IMG/VR virus record: IMGVR_UViG_3300032295_004123
Location: 1-58,998 of that record
Direction: 5' to 3' (one strand)
DNA from: a virus
Taxonomy: Duplodnaviria > Caudoviricetes
DNA length: 58,998 nt
Below the pieces are notes generated by a model. It was not told the origin of the DNA and searched no databases. It saw only the letters and a program-made list of their open reading frames with translations. A program made the position numbers and the translations under genes. This document shows, piece by piece, positions 27,866-38,826 of the stretch. Position 1 is the stretch's first letter, and every line of letters starts with the position of its first letter.

Positions 27866-28298
27866 AGGCAATATCTCAGGCCCTAATCCTGAAAGAGAAA
27901 ATCACCCTGACTATATTTTGGAAGCTCTTAAAGCGGGGTATGAAGTTGAAATTGATGTTTGGTTCGTAGATGGTAAATTTAAATTAGGACACGATGGTCC
28001 TCAATATGATTTTCCATTTGAATTAATTAATGAGCACCATTCTAAAATTTGGATTCACTGTAAAAACACAGCAGCTTTAGAAATATTATTAGATTTAGAT
28101 CCTGTAGGAACTAAGGTAAATTATTTTTGGCATGAACAAGATACAGTTACTTTAACTAGCAAAAATAAAATTTGGGCATATCCTGGAAAACAACCTATTA
28201 AACATAGCATAGCAGTCCTCCCAGAATTAAATGAAACTGAGGATTTATCATTTTGCATTGGGATTTGCTCCGATTATATAGAAAAGTATAAAGCATGA
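27846..28298 (+). CDS. Glycerophosphodiester phosphodiesterase-like protein
   Basis: ISHRGN, EN, VEIDVW, LGHD, HCKN, GICSD. Confidence 0.75.
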   Translation: MILISHRGNISGPNPERENHPDYILEALKAGYEVEIDVWFVDGKFKLGHDGPQYDFPFELINEHHSKIWIHCKNTAALEILLDLDPVGTKVNYFWHEQDTVTLTSKNKIWAYPGKQPIKHSIAVLPELNETEDLSFCIGICSDYIEKYKA

Positions 28299-29056
28299 TC
28301 TTTACTCATACAGGTTTAATGGGTGATTTTGTTCAAACTTGGCCCATTGCATCTTGGTACTATAAGCAGACTGGAGAAAAGATAACTTTTGTTTTAGCAG
28401 ATATTCCTTGTTTTAAGGATATAGCTGAACTTACTTTAAACCAACCTTTTACTAAAGAAATTATTAAGGTACCCCATAAAGTAGAAAACTATAGAATGGG
28501 GGGTCAACCTTATAAATTTAACCCTAGTGAATTTGGAATTAAAGGAGAGTATCTAAATCTAGGTTTTAGAGATTACCCCAGAGAAGAATGGGTCCCCTAT
28601 TTTATGGCTGCTGAGTATGGTTTAGGAGTAGATTTAGATTATGTAATAAATGTTTCTGGAATTGAAGCTAGTACTAATGATATAGTAGTGAATAGACCTT
28701 TTATTCAATCTAAAGAAGCTAAAAAAATCTATGATGATTGTGGTAAAAGAGAATGGGGACATTTTATGTTAAGTAATTATATTCCATCTCAAAGTAAATT
28801 TCTTACAGGTGAAAAAAGCCTTTATGCTGATCTTGTAACTATGAAACAAGCTAAACACACTTATGTTTCAGAAGGAGGATTAGCAGTTCTTATTGATTTA
28901 ATGGATATTAATTATACTATTTACTACAAAGAAAAACCAGCTCATCCTGGATGGTGGATGGAACAAGTATATTATAAGCCTAATAATCCTAAGAGACAAT
29001 TTATAGCTATTCCTGAAGAAGTAAATGAACCTAAAATAGGATTAAGTTTTGGCTAA
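28295..29056 (+). CDS. GT9 (heptosyltransferase)-like protein
   Basis: N-terminal HTGLMGDFV motif; SEGG. Confidence 0.45.
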   Translation: MIFTHTGLMGDFVQTWPIASWYYKQTGEKITFVLADIPCFKDIAELTLNQPFTKEIIKVPHKVENYRMGGQPYKFNPSEFGIKGEYLNLGFRDYPREEWVPYFMAAEYGLGVDLDYVINVSGIEASTNDIVVNRPFIQSKEAKKIYDDCGKREWGHFMLSNYIPSQSKFLTGEKSLYADLVTMKQAKHTYVSEGGLAVLIDLMDINYTIYYKEKPAHPGWWMEQVYYKPNNPKRQFIAIPEEVNEPKIGLSFG

Positions 29057-29999
29057 GAAAAAAATTCCACAAATAATAAAAGAAATAAGAAAATTTAAAC
29101 CTTTAGAAGTAGATTATAGATTTCAAAAAGTTATTTCTTTTAGTCAATTTCTAATGTTTAACCAGTGCCAGCATAAATGGGCACTTCAATACAGGGATGG
29201 CCATTATACAAGTGAATCTTCTATTCACATGACTTTTGGTACTGCTATTCATAGTGTATTACAAAACTATTTAGATACATTATATAATGTTAGTATTAAA
29301 GCTGCAGATGAAATTAATTTAGAAGAAGAATTTGAAGAAGCCTTAAGAAATCAATATAAAATTGATTACGAAAAAAATAATAAAACTCATTTTTCTAGTT
29401 CTGAACAATTAAGGGAGTTTTTTGAAGATGGCTTAGGAATTTTATCTTGGCTTAAAAGAAATAAAGGTAAGTATTTTAGTAAACGAGGATGGTATATCGC
29501 AGGGTGTGAAATCCCTATTGTGTTATCGCCTAATAACGCATATAATAACGTTATATACAAGGGTTTTCTTGATGTTGTGTTATACCATGAACCTACTAAT
29601 AAGATAAAAATTATCGATATTAAAACTTCTACTCGTGGTTGGAAGGACAAAGAAAAAACTGATGAAGTAAAAAATATGCAGTTAATTCTTTATAAGAAAT
29701 TCTTCAGTGACCAATTTAATTTCCCAGTAGATAATATTGATATTGAATATTTTATTGTTAAACGTAAACTTCATGGGAATCCTGATTACCCTGATCCTAG
29801 AGTTCAGCTTCATGTACCTGCTTCGGGTAAAATTAAATTAGGAAGAGCTATTTCTAAATTAAATGAATTTATTACTCTTGCCTTCCAAAAAGATAATTCT
29901 TATACTGAAAAGGAATTATTAACTAATCCTTCAAAATTCAATTGCACTTATTGCCCCTTTAAGAATCAGAAAAATCTATGTAACTCATCTATTCTTTGA
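29049..29999 (+). CDS. PD-(D/E)XK nuclease, Cas4/AddB-like with a possible Fe-S cluster
   Basis: SFSQ..QC, FGTAIH, GFLD, IIDIKTS, QLILY, CTYCPF..C. Confidence 0.85.
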   Translation: MAKKKIPQIIKEIRKFKPLEVDYRFQKVISFSQFLMFNQCQHKWALQYRDGHYTSESSIHMTFGTAIHSVLQNYLDTLYNVSIKAADEINLEEEFEEALRNQYKIDYEKNNKTHFSSSEQLREFFEDGLGILSWLKRNKGKYFSKRGWYIAGCEIPIVLSPNNAYNNVIYKGFLDVVLYHEPTNKIKIIDIKTSTRGWKDKEKTDEVKNMQLILYKKFFSDQFNFPVDNIDIEYFIVKRKLHGNPDYPDPRVQLHVPASGKIKLGRAISKLNEFITLAFQKDNSYTEKELLTNPSKFNCTYCPFKNQKNLCNSSIL

Positions 30000-30044
30000 G
30001 ATCCTAATATATGTATAACCGTATATCAACAAAAAATTAAGATT

Positions 30045-30233
30045 ATGAGTACAAAAAAAGATATGACACTTACTAGTGTTAAAATCCAAAGTGATTTATT
30101 TGATGAGTTTAAAGTTTCCTGTGTAAGGCATAAATTCTCGTTCCAAAAGCTTGCCGATCGAGCAATTCATTTGTATCTTACCGATGATGGTTTTAGAAAA
30201 CAAATTCATAATCACAATCAACTAGAGTTATAA
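30045..30233 (+). CDS. Ribbon-helix-helix DNA-binding protein
   Basis: LTSVKIQSDLFDEFK strand-helix-helix pattern. Confidence 0.55.
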   Translation: MSTKKDMTLTSVKIQSDLFDEFKVSCVRHKFSFQKLADRAIHLYLTDDGFRKQIHNHNQLEL

Positions 30234-30244
30234 TAAAATAATTT

Positions 30245-31678
30245 ATGAAAGAAGGTTATATACCAAGAGACCAAAGAAAAAAGATCCTATTACTAACAGA
30301 CGATATCCGACTACCCTCAGGTGTAGGTAACATTGGTAAAGAAATTGTTATTCATACCGCCCATAGATACAATTGGGTAAATATTGGGGCAGCAGTTAAT
30401 CACCCTGATTTAGGAAAACGATTTGACATTAGTCAAGACACTAATGATCTTTTAGGAATTGATGATGCTAGTGTATTTTTATACCCAAATAATGGTTATG
30501 GGGATGCTCAGTTAATTAGAAACCTTATTAAAATAGAAAAACCAGATGCTATAATGATGATTACTGATCCTCGTTATTTTGTTTGGTTGTTTCAAATTGA
30601 AAACGAGGTTAGACAGCAAATTCCTATTATATATCTTAACATTTGGGATGATTACCCAACACCTTTATATAATAAAGCATTTTATGAGTCATGTGACGCT
30701 TTGTTTGGCATTTCAAAACAAACAGTTAACATCAATAAATTAGTTTTAGGTGATAAAGCTAAGAATAAAATTGTTAAATATGTTCCTCATGGATTAAACA
30801 CTGATATTTTTTATCCTATTGCTAATAAAAAAGATGATAAGGAATACCAAGAGTTTAGAAAAAATGTTTTAGGGAATAAAGACATTGATTTTATTGTTTT
30901 CTTTAACTCTCGTAATATTAGAAGAAAACAAATTCCTGATACGATATTAGCCTATAAGTTATTTGTAGAACAATTACCTAAAGAAAAGGCTGATAAATGT
31001 GCTTTATTAATGCATACCGAAGTTTCTAATGAGCATGGTACTGATTTAGCAGCTACTTTAGAAGCTTTAAATATTAAACAAGGTAATGTATTCTTTACTC
31101 CTGGTAGGTTAGATGCCAAAGCTATGAACTATTTGTATAACATGGCAGATGTTCAGATTCTACTTACTTCAAATGAAGGTTGGGGCCTATCACTTACAGA
31201 AGCACTTCTAACAGGTACTCCTATTATTGCAAACGTAACAGGTGGAATGCAAGACCAAATGCGTTTTGAATTCGAAGATGGTACTTGGATTGATTTCAAT
31301 GCTGATTTTCCTTCAAACCATAGAGGTACTTATAAAAAACATGGTAAGTGGGCATTCCCGGTGTACCCAAGTAGTATTTCAATGCAAGGTTCAGTCCCAA
31401 CTCCTTATATTTTTGATGATAGATGTAAGTGGGAAGATGCTGCTGAACGTATTGCTGAAGTATATAACTTATCTAAAAAGGAAAGAGAAGAAAGAGGTAT
31501 GGCTGGGTATGAGTGGGCTACAAGTAATGAAGCTGGATTTACTTCTAAACACCAAGCTCAACGCTTTATAGAAGCAACAGATACTCTTTTTGAAACCTGG
31601 TCTCCCAGAGAAAAATATGAGTTAATTAATGCCACTGAATTTGAAAAACCCGTTATTGAACATAAATTAATATATTAA
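30245..31678 (+). CDS. GT4 (GT-B) glycosyltransferase
   Basis: SGVG, VPHG, RNIRRK, EGWGLSLTEA. Confidence 0.88.
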   Translation: MKEGYIPRDQRKKILLLTDDIRLPSGVGNIGKEIVIHTAHRYNWVNIGAAVNHPDLGKRFDISQDTNDLLGIDDASVFLYPNNGYGDAQLIRNLIKIEKPDAIMMITDPRYFVWLFQIENEVRQQIPIIYLNIWDDYPTPLYNKAFYESCDALFGISKQTVNINKLVLGDKAKNKIVKYVPHGLNTDIFYPIANKKDDKEYQEFRKNVLGNKDIDFIVFFNSRNIRRKQIPDTILAYKLFVEQLPKEKADKCALLMHTEVSNEHGTDLAATLEALNIKQGNVFFTPGRLDAKAMNYLYNMADVQILLTSNEGWGLSLTEALLTGTPIIANVTGGMQDQMRFEFEDGTWIDFNADFPSNHRGTYKKHGKWAFPVYPSSISMQGSVPTPYIFDDRCKWEDAAERIAEVYNLSKKEREERGMAGYEWATSNEAGFTSKHQAQRFIEATDTLFETWSPREKYELINATEFEKPVIEHKLIY

Positions 31679-32967
31679 TGAAACCGTTATTTGTAATAAG
31701 TTGCCCTATTGATACATTTTCAGGTTATGGAAGTTTAGCTCGAGATGTAGTTAAAGCTGTTATCAAAACTGATAAATATGATGTTAAAGTATTGCCCCAA
31801 CGTTGGGGTAATACACCCTGGGGGTTTATAGATAAGCATGAAGAATGGCATTTTTTAAAAGCTTATTTGTTAGAAGGTAATAATTTACCTAAACAACCTG
31901 AAATTTGGATGCAAATTACAATTCCTAATGAATTTCAACCTGTAGGAAAATATAATATAGGAGCTACAGCTGGTATCGAAACTACAGCAGCTCATGGTTC
32001 TTGGATTGAAGGTTGTAATCGCATGAATCTAGTATTTACCTTCTCAGAATTTTGTAAAAAAGTTTTTACTGATGCTCATTATGAAGTTAAAGGACAACAA
32101 GGCCAACCCCAAGGAACACTTAAATTAACTACTCCTATTGAAGTAATTTTAGGAGGAGCTGATACAAACATTTATAAAGTAATTGAGTCTTATCAGATTA
32201 AAAATATAGACCTAAGTTCAGTCAAAGAAGATTTTGCTTATTTGTTTGTAGGTCATTGGATGCAAGGTGAGTTTGGTGAAGATAGAAAAAATGTAGGTCT
32301 ACTAGTAAAAGCATTTTTTGAAACCTTTAAAAATAAGGCCAAAAAACCAGCTTTGATTCTTAAGACTAGTGGGGGTGGTTCATCTTATATGGATAGAGAT
32401 GAAATTCTTAAGAAAATTAACTTAATTAAGAATTCTGTTAATTCAACTAACCTTCCTAATATTTACTTAATCCACGGTGAATTTACTGATTCAGAAATAA
32501 ATGAATTATATAATCATCCTAAAGTAAAAGCTATGGTTAGCTTAACTAAAGGTGAAGGTATTGGTCTACCTCTGCTAGAATTCAGTTTAAGTAAAAAACC
32601 AATTATGACTACTAACTGGTCATCTCATATTGAATTCCTCCACCCTGAATATACAGTTTTAATGAATGGTGAATTAAGACCTCTCCACCCAAGTGTTCAT
32701 AATGAATGGTTTATTCCTGAAGCACAATGGTTTAATGTTAACTATGGTGAAGTAGGACACTATTTTAAAGACATATTTGAAAACTATAAAAAGTATTCGG
32801 AAAAAGCTAAACGTCAAGCTTATAGAAGTAAAACAGAATTTAGTTGGGATAAAATGGTTGAACGTGTTGATCAAATCCTTACTGAAAGAGTACCTGAATT
32901 TCCTAAAGAGGTCAAATTAGAATTGCCTAAACTAACCCTTCCTAAACTTGAAAAATTAAATGGATAA
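31678..32967 (+). CDS. GT4 (GT-B) glycosyltransferase
   Basis: SGYG, DRKNV, KGEGIGLPLLE, FSW. Confidence 0.85.
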   Translation: MKPLFVISCPIDTFSGYGSLARDVVKAVIKTDKYDVKVLPQRWGNTPWGFIDKHEEWHFLKAYLLEGNNLPKQPEIWMQITIPNEFQPVGKYNIGATAGIETTAAHGSWIEGCNRMNLVFTFSEFCKKVFTDAHYEVKGQQGQPQGTLKLTTPIEVILGGADTNIYKVIESYQIKNIDLSSVKEDFAYLFVGHWMQGEFGEDRKNVGLLVKAFFETFKNKAKKPALILKTSGGGSSYMDRDEILKKINLIKNSVNSTNLPNIYLIHGEFTDSEINELYNHPKVKAMVSLTKGEGIGLPLLEFSLSKKPIMTTNWSSHIEFLHPEYTVLMNGELRPLHPSVHNEWFIPEAQWFNVNYGEVGHYFKDIFENYKKYSEKAKRQAYRSKTEFSWDKMVERVDQILTERVPEFPKEVKLELPKLTLPKLEKLNG

Positions 32968-33415
32968 TATAACAACATGTTCTAGATGTGGGAGTGATGC
33001 CTGCTACACACAAGAAGTAAATGATGAAATTAAACTTTACCAATGTTATGGGTGTGGCTTTGTAGCCAACTCAGCTATGACCCGTGAATCTGAATTTTTA
33101 TCTCAACAATTAGAAATTCTTCCAGAATTATATAAAGAGTTAATGGGTGAAGATGAAAATGGTCTTATCTGGATGCCCTCAGTAGTTAACATTCCTGAAA
33201 AAGGAATGGTATTTGCTGATGGTCCTAGTGGAAAATCTTGGATGTGGGGAGCAGTAAAAGCAATTCCCATGCCTGAAGAAGAAAAAGCTAAGTTTAAGGC
33301 TAAAGGTAAGGATTATGATTGGAAAATGGATATGACTACTTTAAAACATTTTCCTGAGCGTGATTTCATAGAGGCTTTAGATTATATTGAAATCTTTAAA
33401 AGTGAAATTGAATGA
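32960..33415 (+). CDS. Zn-ribbon hypothetical protein
   Basis: CSRCG...CYGCG. Confidence 0.6.
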   Translation: MDNITTCSRCGSDACYTQEVNDEIKLYQCYGCGFVANSAMTRESEFLSQQLEILPELYKELMGEDENGLIWMPSVVNIPEKGMVFADGPSGKSWMWGAVKAIPMPEEEKAKFKAKGKDYDWKMDMTTLKHFPERDFIEALDYIEIFKSEIE

Positions 33416-34569
33416 TATCTCTAGTTAAAGATACTATTACTAAAAAAGATATTAACAGTTTAATTAAGTGGCTAAAAACATACCCTAGACTTACTAAGGG
33501 AGAGCAAACTCTAAAATTTGAAGCAGAATTCGCTCAATGGGTAGGAAGCCAATATGCTATTTTTGTTAATTCAGGTTCGTCAGCTAACCTATTAATGGTT
33601 TATGCTTTAAAATATGCAAATCTATTAAACACTAATAAAATTGCTATCCCAACACTTTCTTGGGCAACTGACCTTTCTCCTCTACTCCAATTTGGAATCA
33701 CTCCAGTTCTAGTAGATTGTAATTTAAATAATCTCTCAGTTGATCTTAATCATCTTGAAGAGGTTTTTAAAAATGAAAAACCAGATGCTTTTATTTTAGT
33801 CTCAATATTAGGATTATCTCCTGATATGGATAAAATTGTAGAATTGTGTGAGAGATATAATGTTATTCTTTTAGAAGATAACTGTGAATCACAAGGTACT
33901 TCTTATAAAGGTAAAAAATTAGGAACTTTTGGTTTAGCTTCATCATTCTCTACTTTTTTTGGTCATATTATGAGTACTATTGAAGGTGGAGTAATTACAA
34001 CAGATGATGAAGGATTTTATAATCTACTTTTACAACTTAGAAGCCATGGTTGGGATAGAGACCTACCCCCAGAGGAACAAAATTTATTAAGACTTTTATA
34101 TAATGTAAGCAAATTCGATTCTTTGTATACTTTTTATGTACCTGGGTTTAATTTACGTTCTACAGATTTACAAGCTTTTATAGGAATTGAGCAGTTAAAA
34201 AGTATTGATAAAACTATAAAAAAACGAAATCAAAATTTTAAACAATATATTTCTAAATTAAAAAATCATATTTGGGTACCTAAACCTTTAAAAGATACTT
34301 TTACTTCTAGTTTTTGTTTTCCTATTATAGCAGAAAATAAAGAACAAAGAGATAGAATTATATTAAATTTAAGTAAAAATAATATTGAATGTCGTCCTTT
34401 AATTTGTGGATCACTAGGAAATCAACCTTTTTATTCGGACATTTATGGAAATCTTAAATTACCGAATGCCGATGTGGTAGATAGTTGTGGTTTATATATC
34501 CCAAATCATCCCTATTTGACCAAAGAAGAAATTGAATTAGTTTGTAATAGTATAATTGAAGTTTTATGA
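33412..34569 (+). CDS. DegT-family PLP enzyme, ColD-like GDP-4-keto-6-deoxymannose 3-dehydratase
   Basis: [29 protein letters not shown] (His in place of the Schiff-base Lys), RSHGW; adjacent to gmd. Confidence 0.75.
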   Translation: MISLVKDTITKKDINSLIKWLKTYPRLTKGEQTLKFEAEFAQWVGSQYAIFVNSGSSANLLMVYALKYANLLNTNKIAIPTLSWATDLSPLLQFGITPVLVDCNLNNLSVDLNHLEEVFKNEKPDAFILVSILGLSPDMDKIVELCERYNVILLEDNCESQGTSYKGKKLGTFGLASSFSTFFGHIMSTIEGGVITTDDEGFYNLLLQLRSHGWDRDLPPEEQNLLRLLYNVSKFDSLYTFYVPGFNLRSTDLQAFIGIEQLKSIDKTIKKRNQNFKQYISKLKNHIWVPKPLKDTFTSSFCFPIIAENKEQRDRIILNLSKNNIECRPLICGSLGNQPFYSDIYGNLKLPNADVVDSCGLYIPNHPYLTKEEIELVCNSIIEVL

Positions 34570-35534
34570 AAACAGCCTTAATAACAGGTATTAATGGTAT
34601 GGATGGAAGTCACTTAGCTGATTTTCTTCTAGAAAAAGGTTACAAAGTTTATGGTGTTGAAAGAAGAGCATCTAATAGAAACCGAGTCAACACTGAGCAT
34701 TTGGTAGGTAAGGTAACCTTCTTACAAGGTGATCTATTAGACCAAAATTCCCTTCTCCGTTGCCTAAAAGAAAGTAACCCAGATGAAATTTATAATTTAG
34801 GTGCTCAATCGTTTGTAGGTGAAAGTTGGAATACTCCAGAACATACCTCTGAGGTAACAGCTTTAGGGGTGTTAAGAATATTAGAAGCAATTCGTGAGTT
34901 TAATCCTAAAATTAGATTCTATCAAGCTTCTAGTTCTGAAATGTTTGGTCGAATGGTAGAAAATCCTTCTAAAGAAACAACTCCATTTTACCCACGTTCA
35001 CCTTATGGTGTAGCTAAACTTTATGGTCATTGGATTACCAAAAATTATAGAGAATCCTACAACATGTTTGCTTGCTCAGGTATCTTATTTAATCATGAAT
35101 CTGAAAGACGAGGTATTGAATTTGTAACTCGTAAAATTACAGATGGTGTAGCTAAAATCCATTTGGGTTTGGCTGATACTATTACTTTAGGTAATCTTGA
35201 TGCTGAACGAGATTGGGGTTATGCTCCTGACTACGTTGAAGCTATGTGGTTAATGCTCCAGCAAGACACCCCAGATGATTATGTAATTGCTACTAATGAA
35301 AAATACTCAGTTAGAGAGTTTTTGACTGAAGCTTTTAAAGTAGTAGGTATTGAAGATTGGTCTTCTTATGTAGTTCAAGATCCTCGTTACATGCGCCCCG
35401 CTGAAGTAGATGTTTTGCTTGGTGATTATACTAAAGCAAAACAGAATTTAGGTTGGTCACCTAAAACTAGCTTTAAAAATCTAGTTCGCATTATGGTTGA
35501 AAATGATATTGAAATTTTAAAAAATGCAAATTGA
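34566..35534 (+). CDS. gmd: GDP-mannose 4,6-dehydratase
   Basis: [44 protein letters not shown]. Confidence 0.95.
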   Translation: MKTALITGINGMDGSHLADFLLEKGYKVYGVERRASNRNRVNTEHLVGKVTFLQGDLLDQNSLLRCLKESNPDEIYNLGAQSFVGESWNTPEHTSEVTALGVLRILEAIREFNPKIRFYQASSSEMFGRMVENPSKETTPFYPRSPYGVAKLYGHWITKNYRESYNMFACSGILFNHESERRGIEFVTRKITDGVAKIHLGLADTITLGNLDAERDWGYAPDYVEAMWLMLQQDTPDDYVIATNEKYSVREFLTEAFKVVGIEDWSSYVVQDPRYMRPAEVDVLLGDYTKAKQNLGWSPKTSFKNLVRIMVENDIEILKNAN

Positions 35535-35895
35535 AGTATCTGTTGGAGAAATTGTAGATAAACTTTCAATTCTTCAAATAAAAACAGCCTTTATTAAAGA
35601 CGAGGAAAAACTTACTAATATAAAAAAAGAATACAATTATCTTTATGATATAGTTTTCAATGAAATGAAGATTGAACAGTCCGATTTTTTTGATATGGTA
35701 ATTATTAATCAAAAACTTTGGGAAATTGAAGATAATATCCGTGATAAAGAACGTGATAAAAATTTTGATCAAGATTTTATTGAATTAGCTAGATCAGTCT
35801 ATTATATTAATGATGAAAGAGCTAAAGTAAAAAAAGATATTAATTTAAAGTATAATTCTTCTTTTGTAGAAGAAAAATCATATTCAAAGTACTAA
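35524..35895 (+). CDS. DUF6165-like protein
   Basis: [37 protein letters not shown]. Confidence 0.7.
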   Translation: MQIEVSVGEIVDKLSILQIKTAFIKDEEKLTNIKKEYNYLYDIVFNEMKIEQSDFFDMVIINQKLWEIEDNIRDKERDKNFDQDFIELARSVYYINDERAKVKKDINLKYNSSFVEEKSYSKY

Positions 35896-36518
35896 TGAAA
35901 ATAAGTTACGCAGTTACAGTTTGCAATGAATTGGTAGAGATACAACGTCTTCTACCTTTCTTGCTTAAACATAAATCCCCAAATGATGAGGTTGTAGTTC
36001 TATTTGATTCTAAAAATGGTTCCTCATCTGTAGAACAGTATCTAAGGGCATCATCAGTTTCCGATTCTAAATTCAGATGGTACTCCTATGATTTTGAAGG
36101 TAATTTCTCTGATCTAAAAAATCACCTAACTAATCTCTGTACTGGGGATTATATCTTCCAGGTTGATGCTGATGAAATGCCCAACGAAAATCTAATGAGA
36201 TATTTAGGTCCAATCCTCCTTAATAATCCAGTAGATGTAATTCGAGTACCTCGAGTTAATACAGTTTCTGGTTTGACTCCAGAACACGTTCAAAAATGGG
36301 GTTGGGTTGTAGATGGTAAAGGTAGAGTCCAATGGCCTGATTTACAGTGGAGAATCTACAGAAAATCACCGGATATTAAATGGAAAAACAAAGTACACGA
36401 GGTTCTCGATGGTTACAATACTCACGCCGTACTACCGTTAGAAGAAGAATTTGCACTTCAACACCATAAAGATATTAAACGGCAAGAAAAACAAAACGAA
36501 TTATATAGTAGATTATGA
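35895..36518 (+). CDS. GT2 glycosyltransferase
   Basis: VCNE, IFQVDADE, PDLQWR, VHE. Confidence 0.85.
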   Translation: MKISYAVTVCNELVEIQRLLPFLLKHKSPNDEVVVLFDSKNGSSSVEQYLRASSVSDSKFRWYSYDFEGNFSDLKNHLTNLCTGDYIFQVDADEMPNENLMRYLGPILLNNPVDVIRVPRVNTVSGLTPEHVQKWGWVVDGKGRVQWPDLQWRIYRKSPDIKWKNKVHEVLDGYNTHAVLPLEEEFALQHHKDIKRQEKQNELYSRL

Positions 36519-37399
36519 AAATAACTTTTATTTATGCTTATGAAGGTGAAACTTGGTCTACTCCTTTATCTATAGTTAATGAATTTAAAAATAGAGGATG
36601 GGAAACTGAGATTATTTCTATAGGAAGTAATTCTAAAGCTTATTATCATGATACAGATTTAAAAAAGTGGGTTGAATCTAAACCAAAAACAGATCTAGTA
36701 ATGTTTATGGATTGGGGTAGATTTGATTCTCCATATCTAAATAAAGATTTAGTCCCAGCATTTTGGATTCAAGAATCAGGAGACGACCCTCAAAACTTTG
36801 AACGTAATTATCCTAAAGCTAATAGATTTCACATTACCCTCACTCCCGATCACGATTCATATTTAGAATATACAAAACGAGGTATAAATGCTATTTGGTG
36901 GACTCATTTTGCCGACACTCAAATTCATAAACCCCAAAATGTGCCTATTAAATATGCTGCTGTAACTTCAAGAGGTAAAGGTGGAAGTGAATTATTAGAT
37001 ATTTTAACTGAACATTCTGAAGGAGTAATTGCCAATCAAGGTGGTTGGCAAGGTGAAGAACATAGTAAATTTCTTTGCTCTGGAGTAATGGTAATTCAAA
37101 ATAGTCGTTGGGGTGAAGTTACAAGACGTATTTTTGAGGCAATGGCTTGTGGTAAGATGGTATTAACAGATCGTCTAAATGAATCTAAAAAACTTCATGA
37201 ATTATTTGTTGAAAATGAAGAAATAGTTTTTTATGATGATATTGTAGAGTGCATTAATAAAATTAATCATTACACAAATTCTCCTGAAGAATTAAATAGT
37301 ATAGCTTTGAGGGGTAGAGAAAAAATATTATCTTTACATACCCAAGTACAAAGAGTAAACACTATATTAGAACAATGGAAAAACTACCTATCAGCATAG
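36515..37399 (+). CDS. CgeB / Glyco_trans_1_2-like glycosyltransferase
   Basis: TRRIFEAMACGKMVLTD, IALRG..HT..QR. Confidence 0.8.
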   Translation: MKITFIYAYEGETWSTPLSIVNEFKNRGWETEIISIGSNSKAYYHDTDLKKWVESKPKTDLVMFMDWGRFDSPYLNKDLVPAFWIQESGDDPQNFERNYPKANRFHITLTPDHDSYLEYTKRGINAIWWTHFADTQIHKPQNVPIKYAAVTSRGKGGSELLDILTEHSEGVIANQGGWQGEEHSKFLCSGVMVIQNSRWGEVTRRIFEAMACGKMVLTDRLNESKKLHELFVENEEIVFYDDIVECINKINHYTNSPEELNSIALRGREKILSLHTQVQRVNTILEQWKNYLSA

Positions 37400-38118
37400 G
37401 AATCTTATCTTGGAAATCAGGACAAACTTTAGTCAATACTCTATACAGTTACTATGTTAATGGTTTATTAGATATAACTGATGATATTACTATCCTTTTT
37501 CAAGAATGTAGTAAGGAAGATAAAGAAATAGCAGACCACTTTAATATTAATTATTTAGGGCTAGATACTAATATTGGTATTGGTAAAGGATTTATAGAAT
37601 TAACTCAAAGAGCAAAATATGATCATGTTATGATTTTAGAACATGATTGGCAACTTATTGAATTACCTGAGATAACTTTTACTAGACTTTCCCAAGGATT
37701 AAACCTAATTACTAATTCTGACTTTAATTGTATTAGATACCGACATAGAAAAGATCCAGGGTACCCCCACTTTTCATTCCAGTATCAAGGTAGAGAATTA
37801 GATTATTACGACTCTGAAATTGAGTGTACCTCCCCTCACCTACTAGATTCAGTTCATTGGTGTGACCCATATGAAAAATTCCCAGATAAAATTCAAAAAA
37901 CTGGAGAATATTTTACTACAACCTCAAGATGGGCTAATTGGACTAATAATCCTTGTTTGTACTCTAAAGATTTTTATTTAGAGTGTGTAAAACCCTTTGC
38001 TGGAGATGGGATTGCTCTTGAAGGTAATATTTCTCGTTGGTGGGCTAAACAAAATTTTAAAGTAGCTCATGGTGAAGGATTATTTAAACATGTTGATCTA
38101 ATTAAATACGGAAAATGA
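37375..38118 (+). CDS. GT-A fold glycosyltransferase
   Basis: NIGIG, ILEHDW, WTNNP. Confidence 0.7.
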   Translation: MEKLPISIGILSWKSGQTLVNTLYSYYVNGLLDITDDITILFQECSKEDKEIADHFNINYLGLDTNIGIGKGFIELTQRAKYDHVMILEHDWQLIELPEITFTRLSQGLNLITNSDFNCIRYRHRKDPGYPHFSFQYQGRELDYYDSEIECTSPHLLDSVHWCDPYEKFPDKIQKTGEYFTTTSRWANWTNNPCLYSKDFYLECVKPFAGDGIALEGNISRWWAKQNFKVAHGEGLFKHVDLIKYGK

Positions 38119-38819
38119 AAGTAGCCCTATTACTCTCAGGATTAGCTAGAAAAGTAGAAGAAGGTTATAATATAACTTGGAAACATATTATAGATAACTA
38201 CGATACTGATGTTTATCTTCACAGTTGGAAAGATGAAGAATGGGAAAAAGTTTCACAATTTTACCCTAATGCTAAGTCAATTCATATCCAAGAACCGTTT
38301 AAATTTACAACATATAAACAAGGTATTAAGTTACCTCATAATGATACTTCTAGACCTTTACCACAGTATGATGTGATGAGTTGTTTTAGACAGTTTCCTA
38401 TGGTTTATAGTTGGCAAAATGTCTTTCAATTAATGTATGATACTCAAATTGAATATGATTTAGTTATAAGAAGTCGTTATGATTTAGGAATAGAATATCC
38501 TTTAAATTTAGATCTAATTGATGGTAATTTTTTACACCATGCTGGTAATGAGAATTTTTTAGATGATAATCTTTGCATAACTAATCAAAAAAATGCTGAA
38601 ACTTTATATTATGGAGTTTTTTATAAGCTAATAGAACAATCTAGAAAAAAAAGAATTTTAAATAGTGCTGAAGAAAGCTGGACTAAAATAGTAGAAGAAG
38701 CAGGACTATTATTTGATGTTATTAAAAATCCTAATTTAAAATTTACTTTACTTAGAGATAATTGGCTTTGGTGGGGTGATCCACAAGGAAATATTATCTC
38801 TGAAAAGGTATTATCTTAA
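38115..38819 (+). CDS. Putative glycosyltransferase-like protein
   Basis: ALLLSG, DVYLHSW, YDLVIRSRYD. Confidence 0.55.
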   Translation: MKVALLLSGLARKVEEGYNITWKHIIDNYDTDVYLHSWKDEEWEKVSQFYPNAKSIHIQEPFKFTTYKQGIKLPHNDTSRPLPQYDVMSCFRQFPMVYSWQNVFQLMYDTQIEYDLVIRSRYDLGIEYPLNLDLIDGNFLHHAGNENFLDDNLCITNQKNAETLYYGVFYKLIEQSRKKRILNSAEESWTKIVEEAGLLFDVIKNPNLKFTLLRDNWLWWGDPQGNIISEKVLS

Positions 38820-38826
38820 TAAAAAT

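Noticed and set aside
29049-29999. Cas4-like gene as evidence of a CRISPR-Cas system
   Set aside because: Solo gene with no other cas genes or array; a common phage nuclease
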